64,000 nt of DNA from Octopus sinensis (GCF_006345805.1 NC_043003.1:74648001-74712000), one strand, 5' to 3'. Shown: positions 50,094 to 63,812, counted from the first letter of the stretch. The notes: generated from the letters alone by a model not told the origin. Made by a program: numbers and translations.

Positions 50094-50677
50094 CATGCAT
50101 ACATTTATACACGCAGACACATATATGTTTGTCCACTCATGTGTGCTTGTTTATGGATATATGTATGTGCTTATGGTATCTAGGTATGAATATATGTATG
50201 TTTGTATGTATGTATGTATATGTGGATGGATGGACGGTTGGACGGATGGATGGATGTACGTATGCCGTGTTTGTATCTGAATAACGATTATTAAACTGAC
50301 CACACGATGACAATATAAAATCTGATTACTGCAATGTTTACAAGACGGGACGTCAAACTTCGTAGCGGGTAATCACTATATCAAAAGATCTGGTTTGCTC
50401 ATAGCCGTTATCGACTAAAATATTTTTTAGAAAGTCTACAGAATTTGTTGTACAATAATTAAACATTAAATGATGCTTAGTATATACGAGTACGATTATA
50501 TACATACACGAAAACACCACCAGTATCGCCCGGGTATATGCGCGCACACGTAAATGCATTAAATACAAAGTTCATATGATTATTTCTATATATCTAGACA
50601 CGAAGACACGATTTAAAATCTAACGCGTACACAAAAACATGCTTGCTTTAGAAATATACACACTCACACACATCACA

Positions 50678-50713
<36 letters not shown>

Positions 50714-51090
50714 TGTATGTGCATGTGTATGCATGTATGTATACACACACGCACATACTGTCAGTGTATGCCCATTTGATTTTATCTCTATTAAATACTG
50801 GTACAAATAAATCTACATACCAAATGGTAGTCAAAATGTCGGTAATTTCTCTCCTTCGAAACCAAATACACCATCTACTCTTTCGATAATGGCGTCAAAT
50901 AGATTCAACGTTTGGGTGTGTTTACGTATGTGCATCTATATGCGTAAACGCGTGAGCACAAGCACATACTCACGCTTATATCTTTATATATACACATATA
51001 TTGCATCTTCTTAATGAATCATTCATACAAGCCCACCAGTACAAATAGCAAAAAATATACATAATATTATATAACACACACACACACACA

Positions 51091-51129
<39 letters not shown>

Positions 51130-51214
51130 TATATGCACAGCACCACGTATATCAGAAATTATCACACACCTATCCAATAATTCACACACACACATGCATC
51201 TGTCTGTATGTCTG

Positions 51215-51257
<43 letters not shown>

Positions 51258-52599
51258 ATGTATATATATATATATGCATGTGTGTGTATATATATATATA
51301 TATACACACGCATACACACGCAGGCACGCACTCTCGTTCACACACACATACATATATATCTAGTGAGAGAGAGGGGGAGCGAGAGCTGAAGAGAGAAATA
51401 AACCTATTTAAATTTGTTCATATTTTCAGTGAACATAACTTCATTATATTTGTCCCAGATATTTGTGAAATCATATATATATACTCTTGTGCATATATCC
51501 GTGTACACACACAGAGACACACACACACTCAAACACAAACACAAACACACATACACTCGGACTCAGACACAGGCACACACAGACACCCCACCCCATATAT
51601 ATATTATATAAATATATACACACACACATACAAGTATGTCTGTTTGTGAGTTGCTTGTGAGAATTGGAGTGATAGAAAAGGAACGGGGTGAGAGCGGTTT
51701 GGGAGTGAAAGGTCTCAAAGTATTGTCAATTTTTTTTTTCTTCACCCTCAACCAACCTATTGATTTCCGTTTAAAAACAGCAATATTGAGCTGTTTACTT
51801 TCACTATGTGGCGCTAATCAATAAAGGGAAATAATATTCCATTGCTAACAGAAACCGCTTAAAATCAATGAGTGCTGCAAATATTCATATTTGAGAGGAA
51901 GAGGAGGCTCTGACTATAGTAAATAACAATATTTATTCTGCTTAAATCGTACAGGTACTTAGTTCGAATCCTAGCCTTGCAAATGATTTTAGTCTAGTTA
52001 TTCGAATCAAGTTGTTGATAACGTGTTGATAACTGAATTATATTAGAAAACTGGACAGCAATCCTATATGCAACATTCTAATATCGATATTGTGGTTTTG
52101 TAGTTGCTAAGATAGCTTACCTGAAACAGTTCCGTTTAACCAACTGGGTGTAAAGTCATATTAATCACATCGTGAGGCTAAACACATAGCTCTAAACACT
52201 TTAAAAGTTGCATGATTGCTTATCATTCATTTATAAGTTCAGGTTTTCCCTAAATAGTAGTTAACAGAGACGTCACAGCCAGGATACGGTACATTTCATA
52301 AATAGCATTTTAGCCTGATGCCCTACGTTTAAATCATTCATTGATCTACCAAGCTGAGTCAGTTAAAATGAGAATATAAAATACTACACGACATGATCTA
52401 CATTATTCATTTCGGTAGATATATCATCGAAATCTCTTCAAGTAATACGCTTTAAATTGAGAATGAACACTTTGAATAATTTTGCTCCAGATATCCCAAA
52501 CCAATTCAAATGGCATAGGGTTAAACAACAACAGCAAAACTACATTACACAGAGTGCTATATTACGCTTAAAGGGCCACTTCATCCCTCTTCTCATCAG

Positions 52600-52698
52600 T
52601 CTTAAAGAAAAGCGTCAAGAAGGATGTATATCTTTCTCTTATCTATCAATTAAAACGAAATCATGCATTTGATTATCCTATATGTTTTCCTCATGTAG
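52600..52698 (+). CDS. Candidate 99-nt symmetric (phase 1-1) exon, LKKSVKKDVYLSLIYQLKRNHAFDYPICFPHV
   Basis: Strong acceptor CACTTCATCCCTCTTCTCATCAG, donor AG|GTGAGT, one open frame; product not recognised. Confidence 0.42.
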
Positions 52699-53209
52699 GT
52701 GAGTTAATAGTGATATGAGGTTTATCTGACAGCTAATTCTAGTTAATCAATTCATTGTGTTGTTAACGCACCTTAATGTTGACATGGCATAGAATAATAG
52801 TTCCGTATATGGACTTCTTTCCTTCCAATATTCAATTTTGTGCCACGAAAATAGATTCTATCCAACATCGAATTTTCTAAAAAGAATTGTACCGAGCGCG
52901 TATCTTTTTGGTATTTTAAAGCACAAGCTATTGGAAGAAAACATTTTTTTCTCTCCTTCAAAGAAGAAATGTTATGAAATTATATCCTTCCCTTTATCTT
53001 CACTGACACTTCAATTTCAAAGTAAAAAAAACAAAAAAACAAAACAAAACAAAGAAATAAAATTAAAAAAAAGAAAGCAAATTGAGATTCCCGCCTGTTT
53101 TGCCAACAATTTAGTCCAAAATACTGAAGACCGATAACACATGTCTGACGCCATGAAAATTAACTAATAATGAGGATAATGGTAATGATGCTGATAATAA
53201 TAATAATAA

Positions 53210-53291
53210 TGAGAAGAAGAAGAAGAGAAGAAGAAGAAGAAGAAGAAGAAGAAGAAGAAGAAGAAGAAGAAGAAGAAGAAGAAGAAGAAGA
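53210..53291. repeat. (GAA)n microsatellite
   Basis: Direct run. Confidence 0.95.
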
Positions 53292-53929
53292 ATGCTTTAA
53301 AGATTTTAACGAAAACGAATGAATAACAAGAATTAGAGACGTATTTAAAGTAAGATTTAATTAAAACTATACAAAAAGAATTTGGGTTTAATGAACGGCG
53401 TTGAGGTCTTATTGAGTTGCTTCTATCACATTTTCTTCGACTATTTATTTTCTTAAATTATTTTCTCTGTAGCTAGTGTTATTGAGTTTGTTGTAAAGGT
53501 CTGTGGAACGGATGGGGTTTGACAAAGAAAAGGAGGGGAGAGGAGAAAGTGAGAGAGAGAGACAGAATATAAAAGACAGAACCTCATTTAAGAAACTATT
53601 AGAAATTGCTGTAAAAGAACACATTGTATTTCAATGAATGCTGTTAATCCAATTTTTGTCAATAGTTGTCACAATGTCGAATGGCGGCAAAAAGAAGCGC
53701 CCTCTGTTAACAGATAATTTAAACTAGGTTCTAATTTATTTCTTCAGCAGTAGTTCTTTGAAAGATATTCAATGCTCATTTCTCTAGCACTTTCTACATT
53801 TTCTCCTCTCTTGCTTTTCATCAAGACAAAATGAGCGAACAGGGGGAAATATAGAAAAAGACGGATACAAATAGAGTTCGTGACCTCTTCAAATATAAAT
53901 ATATATTATCTTTAACACGTTTCAGTCAT

Positions 53930-54265
53930 TAGACTGTGACCATGCTGGGGCACGGTCTAGAAGAATCTTACTTGAACGACACCGGTCCTCATACTTTTAA
54001 TAGTCTGGTACTTATTATATCGATCCATTTTGCCGAACCGCTATGTAACGCGAAAGTAATCACTCCAGCAAAGATTGTCAAGCAAAGATGGGGGACAAAC
54101 ACAGACACAAAACATGTATACACAAACGGGCTGCTTTCAGTTTCTCTTTACCAAATCCACCTACAAGTCTTTGGTCAGACCGAGGCTAGAGTAGGAGACA
54201 CTTGCCCAAGATTCCACGCAGTAATTTGAAGCTGGAACTTAAATTTCTTATCACACAGCGACGCC
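53930..54265 (-). mobile_element. Near-complete decayed SINE
   Basis: Contains AGACACTTGCCCAAG and CTACCAAATCCAC-like segments; overlaps in sequence with 31340-31562 and 36860-36990. Confidence 0.65.
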
Positions 54266-54293
54266 TACGCACGTACATGCATGTGTTTACGTG

Positions 54294-54364
<71 letters not shown>

Positions 54365-54765
54365 CAGAGAGAGAGAGAGAGAAAGAGAGAGAGTGTGAGT
54401 GACAGAGAGAAGGGGGATATGAGGATATTTGGTCAGGATAATCCAAACAAATAGGTATGCGTAAATTTTTTATCATTCAATATGTAGATAAATTTTAGAT
54501 AAAATTAAATGAAATTAAATGTCCTTGACCTGCGTTGCCAAATATATTTACATATGTGTATATATATATATATATATTGTTGGTATATTTCCAGATATAC
54601 ACACGCAGGCGCATAGATATACACAGAAACATACGTGTATACATACATTATGCATACATGTGTATATACCCCAACCCCAATATATATGCATATATATATA
54701 TATATATCATTTGTAAGGAACATTAATCCAAAATAAGCACACTCGAAGATGTAGAACAGTATATA

Positions 54766-54900
54766 CTAAAAATGAGGAGGGCCGTTTTATGGGATTACCT
54801 TAGGTTTCGCACCCATAAAAGGTTTAGCTTTATGGCGTATCGTCACAACCCAAAATCCTGTTGGCCCATGACCTCTTAAAAGTACCTTTTAAGAGCTCAT
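54766..54900 (-). mobile_element. Hammerhead-bearing repeat, family C copy 2
   Basis: Minus 54851-54791: GGGUU-GUGACGA-stem II-GC-GAAA-CCUAAGG-UA-AUCCC; C3 is mutated to G. Confidence 0.55.
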
Positions 54901-55902
54901 GACGTTATAGGCCAACATGTTTTTGCAGAACCGCTAACCTAGCATATCAGCGCAGATTGTCAAGCGATAGTGGGGAAACAGCCGCACACAGACACACACA
55001 CACACACAAACTCACACGCACATGCGCACACGCACACGCTATAAATATGTATGAATATATAAGCATTCATACATAAGTGCTTTATTATGGAGGGAGGGGT
55101 CTATAGCGTTTTTTGGGTTAGATAAATCGTGTGCCTGAATGTAAAGGGAAAATTATAAAAAAAAAACAATGGAACGTTTATATTTAACGGAAATGAAGTA
55201 TGATAGAGTTAAGTTGCTCTCATGAGCTTGCTATTTCCTGAAGTAGTATCCACCATATACTTGGTCAAATGCACTTCTCAATTATTTTGCTAAGACAGTG
55301 GCCGAGGCACATTCCTCAGAAAGTTCCTGTGAGAAAAAGTCCAAGCTTTAAACAAACGAATACAAAACTAATTGCGAATCGAACCTATGTTAATAATGCA
55401 GGAGCACACGCACACACACACACACAGCATTACTTAAACTACGGAGGTGTATTTATATTAATTATATATTTGCTACACAGTGAGAATATTTTGCCTCTAG
55501 TGTAAAGTAATCTTAGTTTATATATACAGAGTACGATGAGTCATCTCAGGAAATAGATCACTGTGGCTTTCGATAAAGACAATTGCGAGCTCTGTTCATA
55601 CTCAACCCATATTTCCTTAATTGTTATAACACTGTATTAATGGTGATAACGAGCAAGCTATCAACAATACAATAAGCTTTTGTTCGTTTGAAATACATTT
55701 TTTTATTGTGAATGTGTTCAATGACAATGTTCCTTTTATATGATGTTAGCGATTACTGTTTAGTCTGCACTGCCACATATTCACTGATATAGAGAGAAGT
55801 GTCTGTGTGTGTGTGTGTCTGTGCGTGCGTGTACGCGCGAGTGTAGGTATACACGCACACACATACTTGCGGATATGAAAAACTACGTACATACATATAC
55901 GT

Positions 55903-56006
<104 letters not shown>

Positions 56007-56054
56007 TATATATGCCTGATTATGTGTGTACTTACACGTATGTAAGTATATTAT

Positions 56055-56290
56055 TGTATATAGTTAATCGAAGCATGAAAACAAAGAGAAAACATAACAA
56101 CGCGAGGACGTGGAACAAGTATAGTATTATTGGACGCTCAGGAAAGGAAAGGAAGAAGGAGGATTTAACGTTTTGAGCAGAGCTCTTCGTCAGAGACATA
56201 GAAAAAAGAAACGTACAAGACAGGGAAGAAGGAGAAAGAAAATCGCCAACGATAGACGTGCGGTCGCATATTGAATGACGGATTCAAGCA
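56055..56290 (-). mobile_element. Hammerhead-bearing repeat, family A copy 2
   Basis: Minus 56197-56163: GUCU-CUGACGA-A-GAGC-UCU-GCUC-AAAA-CGU-U-AAAU; intact CUGACGA, GAAA mutated to AAAA. Confidence 0.65.
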
Positions 56291-56329
56291 TATGTACACA
56301 CTTAGATTAATATAGTCACAGACAAGACA

Positions 56330-56495
56330 GCGAGCTAGCAGAATTGTTAGCACGTCTTTATTTTCTGAGTTCAAAGGTCATCTTTGGCTTTCAGCAATTC
56401 AAAACCGATAAAATAAGTACTATTTGAATACTGGGGTCTGATTAATTGACATTGCCCAATCTCTAAAGCTGCTGGCCTTGTGCTAAAATTTAAAG
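56330..56495 (+). mobile_element. Decayed, internally deleted SINE
   Basis: GAGCTAGCAGAATTGTTAGCACG..GAGTTCAAA..GCTGGCCTTGTGCTAAAATTT. Confidence 0.55.
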
Positions 56496-56805
56496 TGCTT
56501 AAATGTAAGTACAAACGTGCATACATATATAAGGGTCATCGGTAGGCTTCCTGCGTACGTCTTTTTTTGCATAAATTTGTTGTCTTCAAACCCGTATTGT
56601 ATCATTCATTGTAATATTTTTTCTTATATTTCTTACAATATTCTAAGCTATGACTACAAAACCTGTTGGATATCAAATTTCCCACATTATTCCACTGATA
56701 CCTTGGCCAGGTTTTCTTCAAGGCTCGTTTCTAATAGCAAATGCATCACCACTCCTATACATTGAGAGTAGTAGACATCAATAGCCACTATTACATTTCT
56801 TACGT

Positions 56806-59800
56806 TTAGGTAGTGGATAGCGATTTTCTTCACTACTTCAGGGAGTGACGACCCTGTCTGACACGAGTCCCGGGCTCAGCTGGCTCCGGCTGACAGTACC
56901 CGTTGTGGGCCCTATCCAGGGTTACAGAAAGGAGACAAGCTTAAAATAAATCAGTAGTGGATCACCGTTGGCGGTTTAGTGTTCGACTCGACACTTTTCC
57001 GGCAGCTCCTGAAACCAAACTGGTGCCAGACGTAACGTTCTGTACTCCTTTGGACTACGTCAGCAAGGTCGAGAGAGGAATCCTGGCGATTGGGCTACCC
57101 AGGATTTTCAAATATCTAGCCAAGGCCTGCGCAAAACTAGAGAGGATATTTCAGTGCTGCTGTAAAAAGTGGCAGAAAAAGCATGTGATGAGCCATAAGT
57201 CCATTCTGATTGGCGGAGGATATGGTCGCTACGAGTTACCTCTGACGGTGGGAGGGACCCTCGTGTCCCACCCGTTATTAACTTCCCACCTCAAGCTGGG
57301 TAGTCCCTGGTTAATAAAGTACTGACAGGCCACAGGCCACCTGCTACATTGGGTGCTTGTAGCTAAGAGTTTAACTGGAAAACCTGCCTGCAACCTCTGC
57401 ACCAGGAATAACAATCAAAAGACAAGAAATCACCAGTCCTGCAGCTAGCATGCTGGAACGTCAGAACCATATACCCTGGCATGTGTGATGACCTATTCAG
57501 GGTTGAAGACACAAGAAAGACAGCCATCATTGGCTGACAACTTAAGAGGCTCAACATAGACATTGCTGGATTTCAGGAGAGAAGACTCCCCTGAAACGGG
57601 AAACTCAAAGAACAGGATTTCACCTTCTTTTAGCAGGGAAGAGGTCCAGAGAAACCTTGTCAGCATGGTGTTGGCTTGGCAGTGAGAAACTCATTACTCT
57701 CCTCAATAGAATCACCATCAGGATGCACTGAGTGTATCCTCTCTCTGCGCTTCTTGAGCTCTTCTGGCTCAGTACATCTACTGAGCATCTACGCTCCCAC
57801 TCTCTACAGCTCAGAGGAGACCAAGGACCAGTTCTACAAAGATCTCAGCTGTGTCATTAGAAACATACCAACCAACGAAAACATCTAATTTCTAGAAGAT
57901 TTTAACGCTCGCGTGGGATCTGACCATGACTCGTGGCCCATTTGTGTCGGACATTTTGGCATTGGCAATATGAATGACAATGGTCACAGACTGCTTGAAC
58001 TTAGCACATACCATAACCTGTGCATCACCAGCACATTCTTTGCCAACAAGCCATCCCACAAGGCATCACCACTGACATCATTTGAATCTCGTTATCACAT
58101 GAAGATCCTTTCTGAATTCTATCCAACTGACCCGTAGTTACCACAGTGCTGATTGTGACACAGATCGTTCACTAATAAGAAGCAGGGTGAGGTTTCTGCC
58201 TAAAAAGTCCATCACTCCAGGAAAACGGGCTGACCACTCATTAACACTGCAAGAATCTCGGACCCTACACTGCGAAAACCTTGTTGCTGTTTCTATCAAG
58301 GTTGCCCTTAGTAGCTGTTCATCCTCCTCTGATGAAAATAGGGGGAATTATATAAGGTAAGCTTTGTGTTCCATATCAATAGATACTCTCGGCATGAGTG
58401 AAATGCAAAACCCAGATTGGTTCAGTGCCGGGCCCTCAGAGTTGGAACAGTTATCGAAGCAAAGCGCGCAGCTCTGATACAATACAAGAGTGATTCCTGT
58501 ACAAAGTCACTCGAAGAACTCAGAAAGGCAAGTAATAAAACCCAACTGAGTGCCAGATGCTGTGCAAATAGATATGAACAGGAAATATGTCAGAGCATCC
58601 AGCCAGCTGCTGACAGCGCGACACCCATGAGATATATGCCGGTTTGAAGAAGGTCCTCGGTTCATCCGCAACCAGGTCAGTCGCTCTGAAATCAACTACT
58701 GGAGATCTCATCAAAGCAAGCAAATGGATAGATGGATGGAGTACTACCAGGATCTCTACACACGGGAGACCACGGTCGCTGAAGCTGCAATCGAGGGTGT
58801 CCAGATTTTGCCAGCCATGTGCAAACTTGATAATCTGCTGTCCTTAGCAGAGTTCACCAAATCTATTGACACCCTAGCCAGTGGCAAGGTTCCGGGAAAA
58901 GACGGCATCCCCTCAGAGATCATCAAATGCGGCGAAAACACCGCTCTGCTTTAGCACCTTCATCAGCTTCAGTGTCAGTGCTGGGAAGAGGGTACAGTCA
59001 ATCGGGATATACGGGATGCTAACATCAGTACACTTTAAAAAACAAAGGTGACCGTGGTGATTGTAACAATTACCGTGGAATATCTCTTCTAAGCACTGTT
59101 GGAAAGGCCTCTGCTCGCATTATCCTGTGCAGGCTGCAACTGCTTGCTTCTTGAATTTATCCAGAATCGCAGTGTGGCTTTAGAAGAAGCAGATCAACTA
59201 TTGACATTATATTCTCAATAAGCCAAATTCAGGGGAAATCCAGAGAGCATAAAATGCCATTATATATGGCCTTCATTGTTCTGATAAAGCTATTTGACTT
59301 GCTAAGTAGAAAAGGCTTCTTCATCCTGCTTCAAATAATCGGATATCCACCAAAGCTGCTGATGATCATCAAATCTTTACATGATGTTATGTAAGGCACC
59401 ATACAGCACAATGATTCAACATCAGCCGCCTTCAAAATAAAGAATGTCCTTGCTCCTACATTATTTGGCATCTTCTCACTGCTGCTCTCACATACCTTTG
59501 AGACATCAGATGATTGATTGTTTCTGCACAGTAGAAGTGACGGGAAACTGTTCAATCTCTCGCGTCTGCGTGCCAAGACCAAAATTAGAAGCGTCCCCAT
59601 CAAGGAGATGCTATTTGCTGCTGCTGCTGCTCTGGTATCACAAAAAGAAGAAGCCCTGCAAAGGCTCATCAACTGCTTTGAGCAAGCATATATCGACTTT
59701 GGCTTAGTTATCAGCCTCAAGAAAACTAACATCATGGGTCAGATTACATCGGACATCTCAAACTTACATATTGGATACCATAGACTACAGGAGGTGGAGA

Positions 59801-60609
59801 AGTTTGCCTTTCTTGGCTCTACCGTCACCTACAAACTCTCCCTTCATGCCGAGCTCAATATATGCATTTGCAAGGCAGCTGCTGTGGTGTCGCAACTCTC
59901 GAAACGGGCACGGGGCAACTATAAACTGATCGAGACCACAAAAATGAAGATTTACCAGGCATGTATACTTAGTATTCTACTGTATGGCGGTGAGACCTGA
60001 ATGCCAAAAGCATCACCTAGATATCTTTCACCTGCACTGCCTCTGGAAAATCCTTGGCATCAAATGGCAAAATCGTGACTCCAACAAATATCTCCTCAAG
60101 CAAGTAGGTTACCAAGCATCTTTGCACTCCTCACACAAAGGCGTATGAGATGGCTTTGACATGTTAGTCGTATGGAAGATGGCAGAAACCCCAATGACAT
60201 ACTCTACGGGTCTGAGCTTGCTAGGAGTACTAGGTCTGTCGGAAGACCGTTCTTACGATAAAAGGATGTTTGAAAAAGGGACATGAAGGCTTGCATTGTG
60301 AAAATTAGCAACTGGGAAGCGGTTGCCAGCAACCGTGGGGATTGGCGACGCAAAATAGAAGGGGGAACACAAAGGAGTGCCAGAAGAAGAGAGGAGAAAT
60401 GGAAAGACAAGAAAATACAACAGGAAACTATGACATTACAACCAGCCAGGCAAAGCCTTCGCTACATTTGTGGCACCTGCAAGAGGGAGTGTTTCTCCAG
60501 GATAGGACAACACAGCCACAGCAGGAGATGTGTTAGGACATGAAATGTAAAAGCCGGACTAGATTATTTTATGCGCAACTCTATTGTCTCCTGAGACAAA
60601 AGGATGCCA
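56806..60609 (+). mobile_element. Full-length but inactivated RTE-BovB-like LINE (~3.8 kb) with TSD
   Basis: APE motifs (CWNVRT, DIAGFQE, HGVGLAV, SIYAPT, DFNARVG); RT (YRGISLLS, SQCGFRRSRST); C-terminal CGTC..HSRRC; 3' GGATGCCAAC. Direct repeat ACATTTCTTACGT (56793-56805) / ACATTTCTCACGT (60610-60622). Many stops and frameshifts. Confidence 0.93.
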
Positions 60610-61349
60610 ACATTTCTCACGTATGTGATCCTACATTGACCTTGCTAACCAGCTCGACCGACACTACCACTATAAAAGAACAAGCAACAATAGCAACAAC
60701 ATATTTTGATTTTCAATCCTCTCTGCCTTTCTGTTTTGCCTTTTCCATTCCTTTGAAATTCTATTGAAGCTATTTATAAATATGTGCTCATATGTTAATA
60801 GAATGGTGTCCATAGATAAATATTTAGGTTTTTTTCTACTGCTGTATATGTCGGCACGTCTGCAAGTCTGCTTGTTTGTTTCGTCCTTTTCTTCAATCAC
60901 CTCTTCTCCCATTGCCAATGAGTCTCCCAAAACTAATTGCTAGGAATTAGTACCAATGAACATTTAATTACGGCATTGCATATAAATCTTGCTAACAAAC
61001 CCCCCTCAGTTAATAGCACCTACACACATCTACATAAATAGATACATATTTACAAATGGCCTTTCAAATGTGAAATAGAAAAACATTTTATGCAAAAGAG
61101 GTTCACAATATTGAGTCATATACTGTAAAGCTACACATCCATACAATACTATGAAATATTATCGTTTAATCATAGAAATATCTTAATCCGCGACAAAGGA
61201 GAAACTAGGACATGGTTTCCTCTTTACAGGGACCTAACGTGTCGAGTCATTATAAAAACATTGGTTAACGTGTACGTCCTCCAGAGGCAGACCAGTTTAC
61301 AATCGAATATCTTGCTAATTGTGCTATCCTTTTGTTAAATACCGGCATG

Positions 61350-62510
61350 AATGCTACCTTTAAGAGTATAACACTTATCACTAGCCCTTCATGTACACCG
61401 TCATCCCTCGATAAAGCAGAAACAAGACATAAATGGACTAGGGTAGAAAATAATATGCTGCAGAGGCCTATTATAACGCAATGTACTTTCCGTTGGGTAA
61501 ATCTAATACAGAAGAAGCATATTTAAAACCTTATTATGGCGATAATTTACCCAATATTTACTAGAACGTGATTAGGAATAAGCTGTAGACTGACATGGCT
61601 ATCCAACAGAGTGAAATATAATATCAAGCCAAAAGTTTTACGAATGAGAATGTAAATAACGATGGAAAGCATAGAAGTAGAAGGTGGTTCAAGAAATATC
61701 AAAACTGAAGTATTTGACAAAATTGCCGCTGACTCTAAGGTAAATGTGATTGATTAGAGAAGTGGAAATAATAATATTGATTTTGACAATCTCAAAACAA
61801 AAACTGTGTCATCTACAAAGTTTTTTATTGTTTCTCAGACCACACACATAAATAGTTTCTTATTCGGAATTGATATTTTTGGCACCAATGGAAATCTTTA
61901 AAAAATATCAAACAAATAAACTGAGAGAAAAAAAACAAAGAAATGTATAATTCGTATAAACTTTCTGATTGTGAATGATTGTGGAATGGCCGCAACATCG
62001 ACCAAGTTAGAATATCAATTGTCTGATATATTTTGCATACTGATTTGTGTCATTCAACTACCTTTAAAATAGAACCAGGATAATATTATGAAGTATAAAC
62101 CCTTACCCATCAATGCTTAGTATCTTCTGACTTTAAATCAGAAACAGAATGGTTTATCATAGCAGACCAAGATCAATGTCTACCAAAAAGTTGCTACCAG
62201 GCAAACATATCATAGAACGGAAGAAGTCCAACATGGTGTGTATGTAAACAACAAAATGAAACCATCGATCATCTCTCCATGTGCACTCTTTCTGCACCTA
62301 GAGAGTTTCTCAACAGGCGTGATAAAGTAGCACAGTATATTCACTGGGTAATTCGCAAAACCTTGAACCTGCCCATGATAAAAACTGATGGGAACATAAA
62401 CCACTTCTATTGCGTGAAAATGACCACACCTTACTAATTATGAACTTCACTATTTAAACTGACAGAAAGATAGGTGCGAATAGGCCAAATATTATTACGG
62501 GAAACTTTTG
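61350..62510 (+). mobile_element. Decayed, internally deleted R4/Dong-like LINE
   Basis: 62095-62510 aligns to the knuckle/RLE region of the 9255 copy (FKSETEWFIIADQDQ, VAQYIHWVIRK). 61350-61620 gives RHKWTRVEN..EAYYNAMYFP, resembling R4/Dong N-termini (weaker). Confidence 0.65.
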
Positions 62511-62729
62511 AAAATGTACGGCATAAAGATTTAAAATTTTACCATAACCTAAGAAGTACATGCACAAAGAATTACTCATATCTATGGGAGTGAACGAGAT
62601 TGCATCCAGGGTGATGAAGTATACAAGGTTGTGTAGAGCAAACTTAATGCGAGAAAAAAAGTATTGGTGTCATCAATACCCTGATTACAGATGTCGTAAT
62701 CTGTTGCTTTAATATCATAAGGTCAGTAG

Positions 62730-63039
62730 TTTATGAAGAGAGGAGGAGGTCGATCACATCGACTCCGAAACTGGTATTAACTTTATGGGCCCTGTAAGGA
62801 AGGAAGGCAAATTGAACCTCATTAGTATTTGAAATCAGAAACTAAAGACGGAAAAAAATGCCGCTGAGCATTTGGCCCAGCTTGCAAACGATTCTGCATG
62901 GACGTTGTAATAATAATATCTGCTTCGAATTTTGGCAGGAGGCCAGCAATTTTGGTGGAGTGTGTAAGCCGATTACATCGACCTCAATGTTCAAATCATA
63001 CTCATTTTCTCGACCCCGAAATGATGAATGAGAAAGCTG

Positions 63040-63040
<1 letters not shown>
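62730..63040 (-). mobile_element. Two adjacent decayed SINE copies
   Basis: Reverse complements of the GCAGAATCG head, GTCGATGTGATCGAC and GCTGGCCTCCTGCCAAAATT segments. Confidence 0.5.
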
Positions 63041-63092
<52 letters not shown>

Positions 63093-63125
63093 TATATATA
63101 CATATACATACATACATTCATACAT

Positions 63126-63156
<31 letters not shown>

Positions 63157-63292
63157 ATATATATAATAAATGAAAAATGCATGATAAACAAACGACATAA
63201 CGTATACTGAATATGAAAAGAAACGGGAGACAAAGAGAAGGCCCGTAATCCTTCAGTTATCGACCAACAGGTAATATACTGTTTCGCACATT

Positions 63293-63597
63293 TAACAATA
63301 AAACTGAATGCTTCCCAATTGGCGGTGCCCGCGAAAAATGTTTTCTTAGGAAGAATTATGGACGAGAACAAACAAAACACTACAAGCAAAATGACAGAAA
63401 GTATGATTTAGGACTGTGTACAAGAACGAACAGTCGAACGGGTAACGCTTAGAAAATGTCTCGAATGTTGGAGAACGGAGAGAGAATTTGCTACTGGTCA
63501 TTTTGCTTGTCTTCTTTATTTGTTCTCGTCCCTAATTCTCCACAAGAAAACATTTTTGCAGGCACCACCAGTTGGGAAGCGCTCTGGATTATTGTTA
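63293..63597. mobile_element. MITE-like long inverted repeat
   Basis: 63310-63395 is the diverged reverse complement of 63497-63580 (GCTTCCCAA.TGG.GGTGCC.GC.AAAAATGTTTTCTT...ACAAGCAAAATGAC). Confidence 0.75.
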
Positions 63598-63755
63598 CAG
63601 GTAAACATTACCAAGAACATTAGCAAGAAGAATTGCAGTCCTTCTGTTTGTCTCCGCTTTTTTTACATTTAATATATATAATGTCATTTATTCACCATAC
63701 AATCATACATTTTTCATTTACTGAATACTGGAACGCAAATCACACCGATTTCATA

Positions 63756-63812
<57 letters not shown>

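Noticed and set aside
52680-52704. TAG|GTGAGT as a recursive splice (ratchet) site
   Set aside because: Such a 9-mer is expected by chance in 64 kb, and it is better explained as the donor of the 52600-52698 exon candidate.
55525-55570. CGATGAG..GAAA-TAGATCACTG-TG motif
   Set aside because: Stem III pairs, but the core is non-canonical, stem II is absent, and the triplet ends in G (non-cleavable).
63245-63295. Minus-strand GAAA-CAG..CTG-TT..CTGAAGG, resembling a type II hammerhead
   Set aside because: Stem III pairs, but stem I and stem II do not, and the core ends in G.
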